A stretch of DNA of 61,920 nt, filler included, from Blastocystis sp. subtype 4 (Eukaryota): assembly GCF_000743755.1 (NCBI RefSeq). It is 13 parts of 13 records of this genome, joined end to end, with 100 filler letters (N's around TTAATTAATTAA, not from the genome) between each part and the next. Parts side by side here need not be neighbours in the genome. Positions count along the whole stretch, not along the records: positions 25,442 to 29,834 come from NW_014569037.1; positions 29,935 to 34,359 come from NW_014569036.1; positions 34,460 to 38,840 come from NW_014569035.1; positions 38,941 to 43,302 come from NW_014569034.1; 9 more parts are not named here. One strand, written 5' to 3'. Under the pieces are notes generated by a model. It was not told the origin of the DNA. It did not search any database and saw only the letters and a program-made list of their open reading frames with translations. How positions within the stretch are numbered: the first letter of the stretch is position 1; each line of letters opens with the position of its first letter. A program made the translations under genes and the position numbers. Below, one piece after another: positions 25,450 through 41,284 of this stretch.

Positions 25450-26968
25450 TTAGAATCCCAGGAATCCCAACTCTTCTCTCTCCTTCTTGAAGATTTCAAA
25501 GTACTGGAAGATGGTAGTAACAGCGAGGAGAATTCCAGTTCCAGAGCCAATGGCACCGAGGAAGTCAGCGAACACTGTGAGAGCACCAATACACATGCCT
25601 CCAAAGAGAGCAGCTGTGGGGATATAACGGTTGAGGACATCAATGAGAGCAGTGTCACGATATCCCTTCATTGTCAATCCATCATCTCGGAGTTGTTTTG
25701 CCACATCACGAGCCGAAGTACCAGAGAATTCGATCCAGAGTCTGGACACACCAGCACAAGCTCCCAGCATGAACAATACATACACAACCACTTGGAAGGG
25801 ATCGGCAAGAGCATCAGAGAAGGAAGCAGGAGGTGTGAGATAGTAGATCAGACCGCCAATGGGACGACTCTGCTGTTGATCATGAGACCACTTACCAAGG
25901 AGACCCACAAGGAAGTTGGCATCCCACTTCCGAGAGAGCATCTGAGAGATGATCATGAGATTTGAGGTGAGAGAGGAGATGATGATAATCGGAGTATTGC
26001 TGGTATAGAACAGCTTGATAGGATACACACCCTGTTGTCCACGATACTTCGGATTCTTCACTGGCAACTCCACACGGAAACCCTGGAAATAGACCACCAC
26101 CAGGAACACCACCACTGTGGCCAGCAGATTCGCAATGTTCGGGAGACCAGGACGATAGAAGGCATAACGCAGAGCACGCACCTTATCCTTTCGAGTGATC
26201 AGCAGATGGAACAGAGCAATGATTGCTCCCTCAAACTCCTTACCACGACCATTGTCAACAGTCGTGGGAGAGAATGCACGCCACACCACAGATTCACAGA
26301 TGTTCGTAGCAATGAACAGCGAGATACCCGAACCCAGACCATAACCCTTCTGAAGCATCTCATCCAACAACAGAGCAATAATACCTGCGAATGACAGCTG
26401 GAAGATCAACAGTGTGCATGTGAACCAACCCAACTCACTCGCTGGACCATACATACCAGACACCACATACACAAACGCTGTACAGATCGTCAGAATCACA
26501 CCAAACAGCTTCTGGACACTCTCGAACAACTGACGCTCTTCCTTCACGCTCTGGTCGAACACAATCAGCTTCAGACCAGTCAACAGCTGCATAATCATAC
26601 TTGAAGTCACAATTGGACTAATTCCCAATTCCATAATCGTGCCTCTAATCCATCACCTCTCACCTCTTCTCATACCTGTTTGAAGCCATGATTGCACGAA
26701 TCCAGTAAAGGGGATCTGAAGAACTGGCATTGGCAATTCCATACAGAGGAATCTGACAGCACACCAAATACACAAACAGAGCAACCACAGTCCACAAACA
26801 ACGCTCACGGAAAGGAACCTACACATGAGAGATCTAAATACACTCACCTTCTTCTCAGGGTTCTTCACCTCAGGAAGGAAGCCACATAAGGGCTCACAAA
26901 TGTGAAGGAGATCAACTACATCAATGTTAGATGTGGATTACGCAACCAATTCACGGCTTACATTTCAT
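25450..26968 (-). CDS. SEC61A: Sec61 translocon alpha subunit
   Basis: [60 protein letters not shown]. Confidence 0.97.
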
Positions 26969-27275
26969 GATGAACTGAAAATGAGGAAATGCAAAACACA
27001 AAACCGTACTACCGGTTTGAATAAGAAAAAAACCTTGAATAATTTGTAATGTGATAATGAAACCGGATTTGTGAGCCAAATGTTTGGAAACCATAATTAA
27101 CGAAGAAGCTAGCATTTCCAACCGTTCCATGACTATTCAAACCTCTGTGCATCCAGAGACATAATTTCAAGAACAACACAAAGATAACGCAAGAAAGGTG
27201 TCATTCTCTTTCTTATAATTCAATAGAAAATTAAGACCATTTCCATAATAATAGTACTACGAGAAAGAAACAATA

Positions 27276-29660
<2,385 letters not shown>

Positions 29661-29736
29661 GGTGTTTCATGTCACAAACAAAATCTAGAATACAATTTAA
29701 CCACAAGAAAACACAGAGAAACGAAAAATGTGTCTC

Positions 29737-29834
29737 TTAGTAGAAGAAACCAATGACCTTTCCACCCACATGCTTGCGCTTAGCCTCCTCGTGGTCCATA
29801 ATTCCCATCGAAGTGGTCAACACAATATGTCCGA
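29737..29834 (-). CDS. RPS15A: 40S ribosomal protein S15a (uS8), 3' end
   Basis: [31 protein letters not shown]. Confidence 0.92.
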
Positions 29835-29943
29835 NNNNNNNNNNNNNNNNNNNNNNNNNNNNNNNNNNNNNNNNNNNNTTAATTAATTAANNNNNNNNNN
29901 NNNNNNNNNNNNNNNNNNNNNNNNNNNNNNNNNNTAAAGTCAC

Positions 29944-31627
29944 TTAGAACAGTCTCTTCTCATAACTATGAAGGTTATGAACGCCTCCCTCAACCTGAGC
30001 ACTAGATGATCTCACTTCTGCACGCAGACGACCATCCTTTCGCTGTTCATTCAAATCTGTCATACTCTTTACACCAAGATCCTGGAATCCATGGCGTACA
30101 CCCTGTACTAGATAAGGAAGGTATTGACGCAATGATCCCTTATCCACAACAGAGCCCACAACACCCTGAGCTACACGCATCGATGCATGTGAGCTGGAGA
30201 AGTATCTCTGACTCGATCCATGTTCCATAGCTTCGAGAGATCCCATACCACGATACTTCTTCAGACGCACACCATCACGATAGAAATACTTGCCAGGAGC
30301 CTCTTCAGTTCCAGCAAGCATGCTTCCCATCATCACAGTGCTAGCACCCAGACACAAGGCCTTTGTGATGTGACCCACATTACCAATACCACCATCAGCA
30401 ATCACAGGAATACCAAACTGAGAACAATACTTTGCCAGGAAATAAACAGCTGAACCCTGACCACGACCCACAGCACACACCTCCTGTGTTGTGCAAATTG
30501 AACCCACACCCATACCAATACGAATACCATCCACACCAGCTTCGATAAGATGCTTGCACTGACGCACAGTTACCACATTACCACCCACCACATCAATCTG
30601 AGGATAATTCGTCTTCAACCAACGAATCATCTCCAACTGGAAACAGGAATCACCCTGTGAGGAATCCACCACCAACACATCCACACCAGCTTCGATAAGA
30701 GCCTTAGCTCGATCCTTATCAATAGGACGTGTGCCAACAGAAGCAGCACACACCAAACGGCCTTGTGAATCCGTAGTTGCCATAGGGAAATCACGGTTCT
30801 TGATGAGATCTGTACGAGACATCAATGCCACAATGTTGCCATCACTATCCACCACAGGAAGCTTTCCCACCTTACTCTTGCGCAGCAGTTCCACAGCCTC
30901 TGCAGAATCCATCTTATCACTCACAGTCTGGATATTCTCAGAAGTCATCACATCCTTTATCTTTGTGGTGGGATCTTCTACAAGATCGATATCACGACTA
31001 GCCACAATTCCAAGAAGCTTCTCTCCTAACTTTCCATTCTCCGTAATCGGGAAACCAGCAAACCCATACTCCTTCTTGTACTTCAAACAGTCACTCACAG
31101 TATGTTCAGGAGTCAGAATGATAGGATCAAGAATCACTCCATTACGATACTTCTTCACGAGTTGCACCTCATGAGCTTGAACTTCAATAGAACAGTTGTG
31201 ATGAACTACACCAAGACCACCATGTTGAGCCATTGCAATAGCCATGCTGTGCTCCGTTACAGTGTCCATGCATGAACTGACCATTGGGATATTCAACTTG
31301 ATATGCTTACTGAAGTAACTCGTCAGATCGACCTTATCAGGAAGGAAGTTGATATAACCTATACCCAATTAGTACAAGGATCAATGGAAGGAAACAATGT
31401 GTGCTCAGTTAGGACCAGTGTCTTCAAAGACTTCCACCTCAGAAGTCTATCACAGAAAAAAACATTAACCACATCAAATAACCATCTCACAACATACCAG
31501 GCATGAAAATGATGTCATCATAAGTGCATGTTGTTCCATCAAAAACCTTCGAGAAAATGTAATCCAGATCGTATCCATCTCCTCCAACAGCATAGTCAGC
31601 AATTTTGGTGGGCAAGGTGTACTCCAT
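29944..31627 (-). CDS. IMPDH: Inosine-5'-monophosphate dehydrogenase
   Basis: Exon 1 TYDDIIFMP, intron 31359-31497, then MDTVTE, CBS pair, DSSQG, GMGVGSICTTQEV, YRGMGS, VAQGV. Confidence 0.97.
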
Positions 31628-33059
31628 TATCTAAAGAAGTCAATTATTTGCACAATCAAGTAATGGAAGGAAAAGAAAGAATCAACCATGAAATATCATT
31701 GAACACTTCCTTTCGTATAAACACTTACCTATAGAACAACCGTTTAAAAAAAACTGTCGGAAACGAATGAATACACCAATCCTGAAGTGTTTATACCTCC
31801 CATATTCTTTCTAGATTCCCGTAGTGTTGTTTCAGCCCCAATTCTACAACCTGATATGGGTCATGAAGGGGATAACAGAATTATTCACCTTGTGTAATAG
31901 TTGGGGGTCGTCACTTCATCTACACTAAAGAGCATCTCAGTATGTTGGAATTGGCTTCAGTTCAAAGAGAATCAACAGTCAAAGAGTTTGAATCTTTACA
32001 ACTGATCTACTCTTCCCGAACCTTCTAATGACGATTCCTCTCCAACAATGAATAGTATGTCCCATATTAATATAGAATTGGATCAGAAATGGTTCACCGC
32101 GGGAATCCAGAAAGAGTGTAGGCATTCCAGTTCTTCCAATATAAACGTGCAGTTGGTACCAATTGACTTAACTATCATAGTTTTTGCTTTTCATATCTCT
32201 CATACAATGAGAAATAGATCAAATAGTATTCCCTGCGATTCTTCTCAGAATATGGGACAGAAGCAAAATGTTCTCTCTCGCATGGCTGAGCTTGCTTTTT
32301 GGACAATCTATCATTTCAGGAGCACGATTCTTCGCTAAGGCAGTATCTCAGAATGAGATCTATTTGGTTCTTGTCGAGAATCATACCATCTACACGATTT
32401 CTGCCTTTCAACGAGACCGTGATGGTAAAAACTACAATCGTTTCCTTCAAGAATGGAGCAATTCCTTTGTATTATATGGTCCAGATGGCAAGGGACAAGA
32501 TGCATGCACTTGTTTATGTACAAATGAGTGAGGTGGATCGATTCATGACACGATTGAATCTGAGTTTTGAGAGTACTCTTTCTTATCTAGATATTGAGGG
32601 GAACGTATAACGGTGTTTCTTCGTCAACTTTCCTGTCATCCAAGTAGTAGTTTTTTAGTCAAAGTGAGGTATAGTTATGGAGCGCCAGAATCATTGAATT
32701 TCATTCGAATGAACTTTATAAAGGGTACAGTTGTTCAGATTCCCATCCGATATTATAATAAAGATAAGAACAAAGAACATCATCTTTTGCTTTTTCGTCT
32801 GGAATGAGATAAGTGAATATACAATTAAAAAGACAAGGAGAATTGTTTTTATGATCTTTAAGAAGTAATACCCTATTTCAGAATCAACTCTTACAAATAC
32901 ATTTTCTTGTCGATAACTCATATACAACAACATTATGAGATGATGGAATCACTCATATAGCTCATTCCCTGACAAAGATGATAAACGATTGTAAACCTGT
33001 CAGAAAGATGAAAATGATATATCTACTTATTTCCATCATATTCACTCCACTGAACATGA

Positions 33060-34359
33060 ATGGATTTGGACCATTGAATCTCTCCTTGAGTGTTGGTACT
33101 TGTTATGATTCTGGCAACAGCTGGAATTCAAGAGGGCAGTAATGTATTCAGTTTCGAGATTCATCGTGGTTTGAATGGTTCTTCTTCTGATCCTGTTGTG
33201 TTTGATGCTACTGGAGTATTTGGAGTTGAAGACTGTTCTACTGTTGTTGATTCTTATTCTTTTCTCAATTCTACTAAACTGGAATCAGGTACTGTTGCTG
33301 ATATCATGGACTTGGATCCTTACACACAAGGTCAGCTTGCTGGCAGAAAGTCAGTTCATCGAATGGACTGTTGAGAATCTGGCTGGAAGCAGATCAAATT
33401 CATTTAACATTCTTTCATATGAAAATATCACTTCATTCGATTTCGCTCTCCGGGGTTTTTACACTCCTGAGAATACTACTGAAGAGCCAGCTACCATTCT
33501 GAAGGTTTCTGAACTAGACATATTGGAAAGAACGAAACCTCAGTTGTCTGTGCCTATCTCTATGGGTGCATTCAGGAAGTATCGATGGGAGATTCCATGG
33601 TCATCTGGTGGTATTCCACCACTAGCTTCGATTCATATGGCTTATTGTAAGCCTGTGGGAGCAATATGTGCTGGAGAAGGAGCATATCCTCCTGTGAATG
33701 AAGGTCAGATGTCTGTGAAGAATTGTGGATATGGATATCGTGGTTATTCATATCGTGAGTGTACAAATGGATCTTTGGGTCCTGAAGTGACTACTCATTG
33801 TGTACTATTGCCACCTGAGAATGTTCGTTATTCCTCAACAGGATTCGTATTTGTGATTGGTCAGACTGTATCTACTGGTATTCCATTAGTCAGAAACATT
33901 GCTACCAACTGGGAGATCAGTTCAACTTCCCTCCCGACTGGATTATCTTTCAACCCTAAAACAGGAGAGATTTCTGGAATTCCAACAAGGGCTTCTTTGT
34001 CTGTTACTTACTCCATAACTGCCAGAAATGCAGCTGGATCTGCCTCAGGTGAAGTATCACTCGAAGTGATTCCAGAGTATATCTTCTTCCCTCAAACTAG
34101 TTTCATCATTAGTGTGGAACAACCCTTCATGCTAACTCCCACACTTCAAAGAACAGCTGTTGTGTCTGTGTTCTCAGGATCTCTGCCTGCTGGTCTCACT
34201 GTTGATGCTTCAACTGGAGAGATTTCTGGAACTCCAACAGAAAGGGTTTCTTCTCGATTCGTGACTATCAATGCTCAGAGTGATGGAGCCAGTCAGAAGG
34301 TTGTTCTCACATTCACTGTTCTCCTTCCTCTCTCTGCCTTCTCCTATCCTCAATCAACC
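33060..34359 (+). pseudogene. Ig-like (He_PIG-type) surface protein fragment, frameshifted
   Basis: C..EG.YP.V.EGQ.S...C..GYRGYSYREC and LPxGLxxxxxTGEISGxP repeats; frame jump near 33345; no clear 5' end. Confidence 0.65.
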
Positions 34360-34459
34360 NNNNNNNNNNNNNNNNNNNNNNNNNNNNNNNNNNNNNNNNN
34401 NNNTTAATTAATTAANNNNNNNNNNNNNNNNNNNNNNNNNNNNNNNNNNNNNNNNNNNN

Positions 34460-34595
34460 CTCGAACTTTCTCTTCTTGATGTTAATCACAACCTTTCCTC
34501 CGGTCAAACGACGCTTATGACGAGAATCACGGCAAATACCTATACTTGGGTTAGAAAATCATCTAAATGCAATGAAACAAAGCCAACATACCCAT
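34460..34595 (-). CDS. RPS8: 40S ribosomal protein S8 (eS8), 5' end
   Basis: MG/ICRDSRHKRRLTGGKVVINIKKRKFE with an intron after ATG G. Confidence 0.9.
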
Positions 34596-34968
34596 CGATC
34601 ACAAATTCAATATACAAGTAATTGAGTTGTTTGAAAACAAGTCAATTGAAGATTAGACTCTACAGTAATTCGACTATTCAATAATTATAATACTACTGAA
34701 CATGTGTATGAAAGAAAGAGTTTGGATAATAGTATTTGAAATCATTGCAAATACAAGTTCCTGATCATGTTTTATAAGATAGAATGATCAACTCAAGAAC
34801 CTATTCATAGAGGAATGATATTCTTCACAATAACCTGATATACCTTCTATAATTCAATTTCATGTCTTTAGTGTTACAATACATTGTGTTTGCGCCTGTA
34901 CACAACAGAGCCAAAACCCCGGTTTTACATTCGTCTTGTTCGAAGAATGCAGTTTCTTGTCTACTTTC

Positions 34969-36512
34969 ATGTTGGCATTGTTTTCATTGATTCTATTGTG
35001 CCTTACTTCAGCTCAGTGTACATTTTACTTGTGTTTTTGTGAGTTATCTAGACTGTGGTCGTTTTACGAGGGACTGCACGTCATTGCAATGTTTGGAATG
35101 ATGTATGAGACTAATATTCATAGATCTAGGGTACAGACAGATCTATACAGTGGGAGTTTACAACGGAACTGTTTCTGAACTCTCGGAAACCTACCGATAT
35201 TACCCTTCAACGGACTGCTCAGATTCTCCTGCTATGATTGTGACAACAAAGTAGGATATGTATTGGAGTGTATTATTGTAGATATGATGTTGAGAAGAAC
35301 TCAACGGAAACTGATTACACAGAAAGTGAGTAACGAAGAACATCCTTAACTGTAGATTTTATTCGGCATACAGCAGTTGTTACTGACTATTTGATTATGG
35401 CAACGGATGTTTCATTGATCTCGCTTCTGGGAATCACTTGTGTTCCTGCTCTTGAGAACAATGTTGAAGTTTCCATAAAGTGTTTGCTTAGTTATTTTTT
35501 GATGAATAGAAAGACCCAGTGTACCTCTTCTACCGGAATTATCAAAGGTTCTGATTACATCAACTCGAATGCCACTTTTTATATCAATTTCGGTATTATC
35601 ATGAACTTTAGACTAATTTCTAGAATCCAAAAGTCATTTGCGGATGAGAACAACTGCAATTGGTATTTCTCAGTCTTATAGTCTTTTAGATAATACTGGT
35701 TGTATTGGTTGTGAGAAACAAGGTGTCTGGGAACCCATTGATATTGAACACTCCCAATCAGCTTTCTGTGAGGCTGATGAAAGTGGTTATGTGTACAAAG
35801 TGTGTATGAGAGGAGAATCTGGGAATGGTGAATGGAGTCCAGTGACCTCATCGGATTGTGTGAATGTAGTGGATCCAACCTTACAGAATGGAGAAGCATA
35901 TTATCGTGGTTCTATCTATGTAGGAAGAGTTGGAGGTTAATTAGATTTAGATTGAAATAGATCCTTCTCTCTTCGATACAGTAGAGCACAAGTATATGAC
36001 AAATCTATTACTGGATAATATTATGGAATCGGGATTGACAGCAAAGGCTCTCACAATGGAAGAAGTTATAAATGTGAATACTCCTTCATCGTCTGCTGAT
36101 AGTACCAAGCCAATTCAAGTGAATTTCTGTGTATTAGGAGAACAAGGACAGATTCGAAATTCATTATCTCTGATGAAATCAATGATGTCCAGAGGAGCAT
36201 TGCATCGAAGAATGATTATTCATGATGAGCGGTGGTATGATGTAGGATCAATGGTAGAATGATTGAATATAGGCAAAAATGGAGTTGAAAGGTGAATTGT
36301 CCATTCATGCTAATAATGATACAACCATTCTTATTACTGTTTGTATTGCAATTATTGTCGTATTAGTAGTGATTGTCATCGTTTTATGGTATATGTTGGC
36401 AAAGTCGAAGAAGGCAAAAAAGGGTGATATTGAGATGGCTGTTCAGTCAGAATCTAGTTCTGAAGATTATTCAGAGAGTTATAGTGAATCAACTTCCTCT
36501 GAGTCAGAATGA
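34969..36512 (+). CDS. Cys-rich type I membrane protein (multi-exon)
   Basis: Signal peptide MLALFSLILLCLTSAQ, Cys-rich exons, TM ILITVCIAIIVVLVVIVIVLWYML followed by basic and Ser/Glu-rich tail. Confidence 0.6.
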
Positions 36513-36553
36513 ATGTTATACTAGTAATTCTCTTGTTTTTGTAAACAAACACT

Positions 36554-38595
36554 TTACATCCATTGTGCATATTCACAATCTGGAGGAATATCTATAGGCT
36601 TCTATCCTTGAAACACCTTCATCATATGTACATTCTTCATTTTTACTTCCTCATAAAGATCAAGATCCTCTTTACTGAAAGGTGTTGCATTATCACAAGC
36701 CTGAGCACATTTGGCAATAGACTCATCTTTCCCAATCAGCTCCTCTAACATCGAACACAAATGAAGCATTACACCAAGACATCCCAACCCATCTCTACCA
36801 GTTTCATTTCTACCTCTCAATCTCTCTCCTCATACTCACTTCACTCTAACAGCATCAATAATCCTTCGACGGAGTAATGTGTACAGTCCTGTCTGTTGAA
36901 CCATTGCTACCTTCAATGATTCATCATGGCCTGTAATAACTTCTGTGACATAAACTTCACATGCATTGTGGAGAACACTATTCCAGGGATACTCAAATAA
37001 TAGAGACTATTTGTGAGAATGACACTCTTCTTCCTACTACAACACGACTCAACACATCATACTCTCTATAAAAAGTGATTACTTCTGGAATTGCAATATT
37101 CAGAAGTGTAGCTAACAAGACCACAATTTCAATACGAAGCTGACCACATCGCTTGATAGTTCCAGTTGTATTATGAAGTGATTCTCCCAAAGTGTAGTTC
37201 ACATCACTCGACCTTTTCTCAAACACCTTTCATAAGTCATATCAATCAATCGTACTGATGGTAAAGACAACGTAGCAATGAGAATAGGAAGATTTTGCGT
37301 AAATGCCAAAACAGTGGCATTTTGTCGTACAGCATCTATGAATAAGAGACCACAAGAGAATGAACCAGGACTTATCAAATAATTCAGTCCTTGAGAAACA
37401 ATGGAATCCTTCACATTACGAACATGAAGAGCAAGTATGGATTGTGATTGGGTAAATTCCATAATCATACCTACATCATACGAAATACCTGACCCTACTA
37501 GTTTCATTAGGAATCATGAATGATTGAGGTTGATTAACCTCAATGGTGTCAATACCTGCTATAGTCAGGTATCGTTTCATACTGTGAAGTATGATATACG
37601 CTTCATTCCGCAATCGTTCTTCTTCTGTTAGTTCTGAGAGAGGTTCCATAATCACGGGATTTAATGGTTCTTCTTCCATTTCCTCGTCTTCTTCAATTCC
37701 CGTGTTTGAACTAATCCTTCAGAGATGTATTAATTTCACACTTCTTTGCTTCTGTAATGATGATTTGACAATCTGAATAGCTTTTCACCAGAACTATATC
37801 AGTTTGGGCATCTGACGAGATTAATGATCCTCGAATATCAACAGTTCGCAATGACGTGTGCCTTCCTATACTAATTATATTCCATAGCATTGCTAACGAA
37901 TGAATGCAGACAAGGCAGGAATGGACTTTTCAGTGATACCATTATTCTCTAAATACAATTCTTCTAAACTGTGCTCATCATTTAGAATGTTCATCAACAA
38001 TGAAAAACCTTCATCGCCAAGCCGATTATTATTAAGAGAAATCACTGTGATACTTGACCTTGAAAATGTTGTATTGATTTCCTTTAATTCTTCTCCCCCA
38101 ATACTACACTTTACTGGAATCCGCCATATCTCACTTCACATCATCAACATACAATCGCTTCAGGGGCAGAGAACCAATAGTTGACATAAGATGCACAAAT
38201 GTGACACCTGACAAGTCAATGCCTCTATACATAAACAAGGGACGAAAATAGCACGATAGATTTAGCTCCTCAAGCGATTTTAAATTAACTAGGCATTCCA
38301 AGAAACAATCGACAGAAGAAGAACTCACCTACAAATTCAACCAACAACAATCAAAAACATGATTGTATGAAAGGTCTAGTTTCTTTAAATGATTATTACA
38401 TCTCAAAGCACTAGCGAGAGAGACCAAATCTTCATCCAAGAGATCGAAATCTACATATAACAATGCAATAACAACCTACGAGCAAAATCTGCTTCAGTTA
38501 CGTTTGGGTTGTCTGAAAGAAGTGAAGACACAGACTCTGAATATGCACTCTACGATTCAAGAAGTAGTTGTGATTAAAACATTTGTAGAATCCAT
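36554..38595 (-). CDS. RI-type leucine-rich repeat protein with C-terminal beta-rich region (multi-exon)
   Basis: LRKLDLSYN, LKSLEELNLS, VISLNNNRLGDEG, LEELYLENNGITE, LRTVDIRG; ends ..EYAQWM*TAA 5 nt before TGTTTGTT. Confidence 0.65.
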
Positions 38596-38741
38596 ATAGC
38601 ACTTACAGTTGAGGAGAATGCTTTGAATCGGTCACCGCGGTTTTTATTCATTTTTAGTGATGAAGTGATAGAATGTGTGTTTATTCGTTTGTTCTTAAAG
38701 AACTTAAATAGGAGACAATACATATGCTTTGGAAAAGTTTG

Positions 38742-39039
38742 GATGGAATCCATAGAATCCCATCTCCTCTTCAAACAATGTTTATGAATGGAATCTACAG
38801 ATTGGAAACAATAGAAATAATGGATTAGAAGAGTTCATCANNNNNNNNNNNNNNNNNNNNNNNNNNNNNNNNNNNNNNNNNNNNTTAATTAATTAANNNN
38901 NNNNNNNNNNNNNNNNNNNNNNNNNNNNNNNNNNNNNNNNGATGGAATCCATAGAATCCCATCTCCTCTTCAAACAATGTTTATGAATGGAATCTACAGA
39001 TTGGAAACAATAGAAATAATGGATTAGAAGAGTTCATCA
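38742..39039. repeat. 99-bp exact overlap across contig spacer (assembly k-mer overlap)
   Basis: 38742-38840 is identical to 38941-39039. Confidence 0.9.
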
Positions 39040-39271
39040 GATTCAAGGTCTGTCAATTTCTATCTCATTCATCACCATTTCCTTCAACAATCTCAATCAA
39101 AGTCAAATTAAGAGTTACTTCTATCAATTCATCAAATATCGAAACCGGGATTCATATCAGTCCATTCATTTATACCTCTTTTGATTCTGTTTGAAACCAC
39201 TCATCTGAAACTCCCACTACCTTTCGTTTCCTCTCACATCTACTTCATTCCTAAGTCGGTATCAATTAATC

Positions 39272-39824
39272 ATGGGTCGTATGTACGGAAAGGGGTATGG
39301 AGTGAAAAGGAGGAGTTGATAATGCGTAGAAAGGGAATGTCGGCTTCTTGCCTCCCCTACAAGAGAACTGCTCCTTCATGGTGCAAGTCTACTTCTGAGG
39401 AAGTAGAGGCTTCAGTGTGCCGTCTGGCTAAGAAGGGTTTGACTCCTTCTCAGATTGGTGTTCTGCTGAGAGATCAGAAGGGAATTGGTCAGGTGAAGGC
39501 TGTGACTGGTTCGAAGATTCTGCGTATTCTGAAGAAGAACGGTTTGATAGTTTGTGAGTGTGTGAGTTCTAGGACTTGCTCCTTCTCTTCCTGAGGATAT
39601 GTACTTCCTGATCAAGAAGGCTGTGGCTATCAGAAAGCACTTGGAGCGTAACCGAAAGGATCGTGACTCCAAGTTCCGTCTGATTATGGTGGAGAGTCGT
39701 ATTCATCGTCTGACTCGTTACTACAAGAGAACCGAGCAACTTCCTCCCACTTGGAAGTAGTAGGTGTTTATAAATGATTGTGAGGATTAGCAACTCTGCT
39801 ACTGCTTCTGCTCTGGTAGCGTAA
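39272..39824 (+). CDS. RPS13: 40S ribosomal protein S13 (uS15)
   Basis: [70 protein letters not shown]; three ~30-nt introns. Confidence 0.96.
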
Positions 39825-39935
39825 GTACGAAAGTTCCGTATCTCTTGGGAATAAGGTTGTTTGATGTTTGTTGGAATTTCATGATTATTATGAGAGGGAA
39901 TGACTGTACAGAATGATTTGGGATTGATTCATTTC

Positions 39936-41233
39936 ATGGGTAATAAGAACGGAAAAGTGAAAGAAGAAATGAAGAATGATCGATAGGAGAAAAGACAAGA
40001 GAATGAAGAGAGAAATCGGTCAACAGAGGAGTTGGTGAAACGAGAACCGATGAAAGAGTCTCCAAAAATGACAAAAGACGATTTTGAATTGCTAAAGACT
40101 GTAGGAAAAGGTTCATTTGGAAAAGTGTTTCAAGTAATAGAATGAAGAATTGGTGATGGGATAGGTTCGATATAAAGGAGATGGAAAGATCTATGCAATG
40201 AAGATCCTGGATAAACAAGTTGTACTAGAGTTTGTACTGAAATAGGATTTGATAGGATAGACGAAATCAATATGAACATACATTAGCAGAACGAAGAATT
40301 ATGGGTGAATGTGAACATCCCTTTCTTGTTTGGTAAGAGAATGGATTTAATATCATTTCTAGTCTTCGTTTTGCATTTCAATCTCAAACCAAGTTATATC
40401 TTATTTCAGACTTCTTTAATGGTGGTGAATTGTTCTTCTATCTTTCTAATGGGCGGTTTTCTGAGAACCGTGCTCGATTCTATGCAGCAGAAATTGCTTT
40501 GGGTCTTCATTATCTTCATAGTCAAGGAATTGTGTATCGAGATTTGAAACCAGAGAATCTCCTACTAGATGCAGATGGACATATCAAGATCACAGATTTC
40601 GGTTTATCGAAGCGTGAAGTCTCAGGTGATGAGTTACACAGTCTCTGTGGTACTCCAGAGTATTTGGCTCCTGAAATCATCATGAAGAAGGTATGTATGA
40701 ATGAATGGAGTAAGAAGAATAGTCATATGGAAAGGCAGTAGATTGGTGGTCGTTAGGTACTCTGATCTATGAGATGATATCAGGTCTGCCTCCATTTTAT
40801 GATCGAAATAAACGTATTATGTATAATAAGATATTGACCTCATCTCTGACGAAGTGTTCATATATGTCTCCAGAGATATCCTTGTGAATGATCAAATCAG
40901 ATTCCTTCATATCACGCTTTCGATATTTGTAGTCGTTTCTTGGATCGTAAGCCAGAAACTCGATTGGGCTCAGTGTCATTCGAGGAGATTTGTCATCATC
41001 CTTGGTTTGCTGATATTGACTGGGAGAAGCTATACAACAAACAAGTGATTCCTCCATTCAAACCAAATGTAAAGAGTGCTGAGGATGTGGAGAATGTGGA
41101 TCGTGAATTCTTAGCAGAAATGCCTGCTGTTACTCCAACCTTTGAAGGAAAGGTTCTAACTGATCCCTCTGCTTTTGAGGGGTTTTCATATAATCCCAAT
41201 GTAATCAATTCTAATCTATGGACTGTTTGTTAG
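39936..41233 (+). CDS. AGC-family Ser/Thr kinase (S6K/SGK/Akt-like)
   Basis: [49 protein letters not shown], hydrophobic motif FEGFSY. Confidence 0.92.
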
Positions 41234-41284
41234 TATGTTCAATCATTCTTCTCTCAAACAAGCTCATAAATGATCATACTAAAC

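Noticed and set aside
31900..32950. Short overlapping ORFs near 32048-32933
   Set aside because: No recognisable domain or consistent exon structure; cannot support a gene call
38742..39039. Apparent 99-bp direct repeat around a gap
   Set aside because: Exact contig-end overlap consistent with an assembler k-mer; the two contigs are probably simply contiguous
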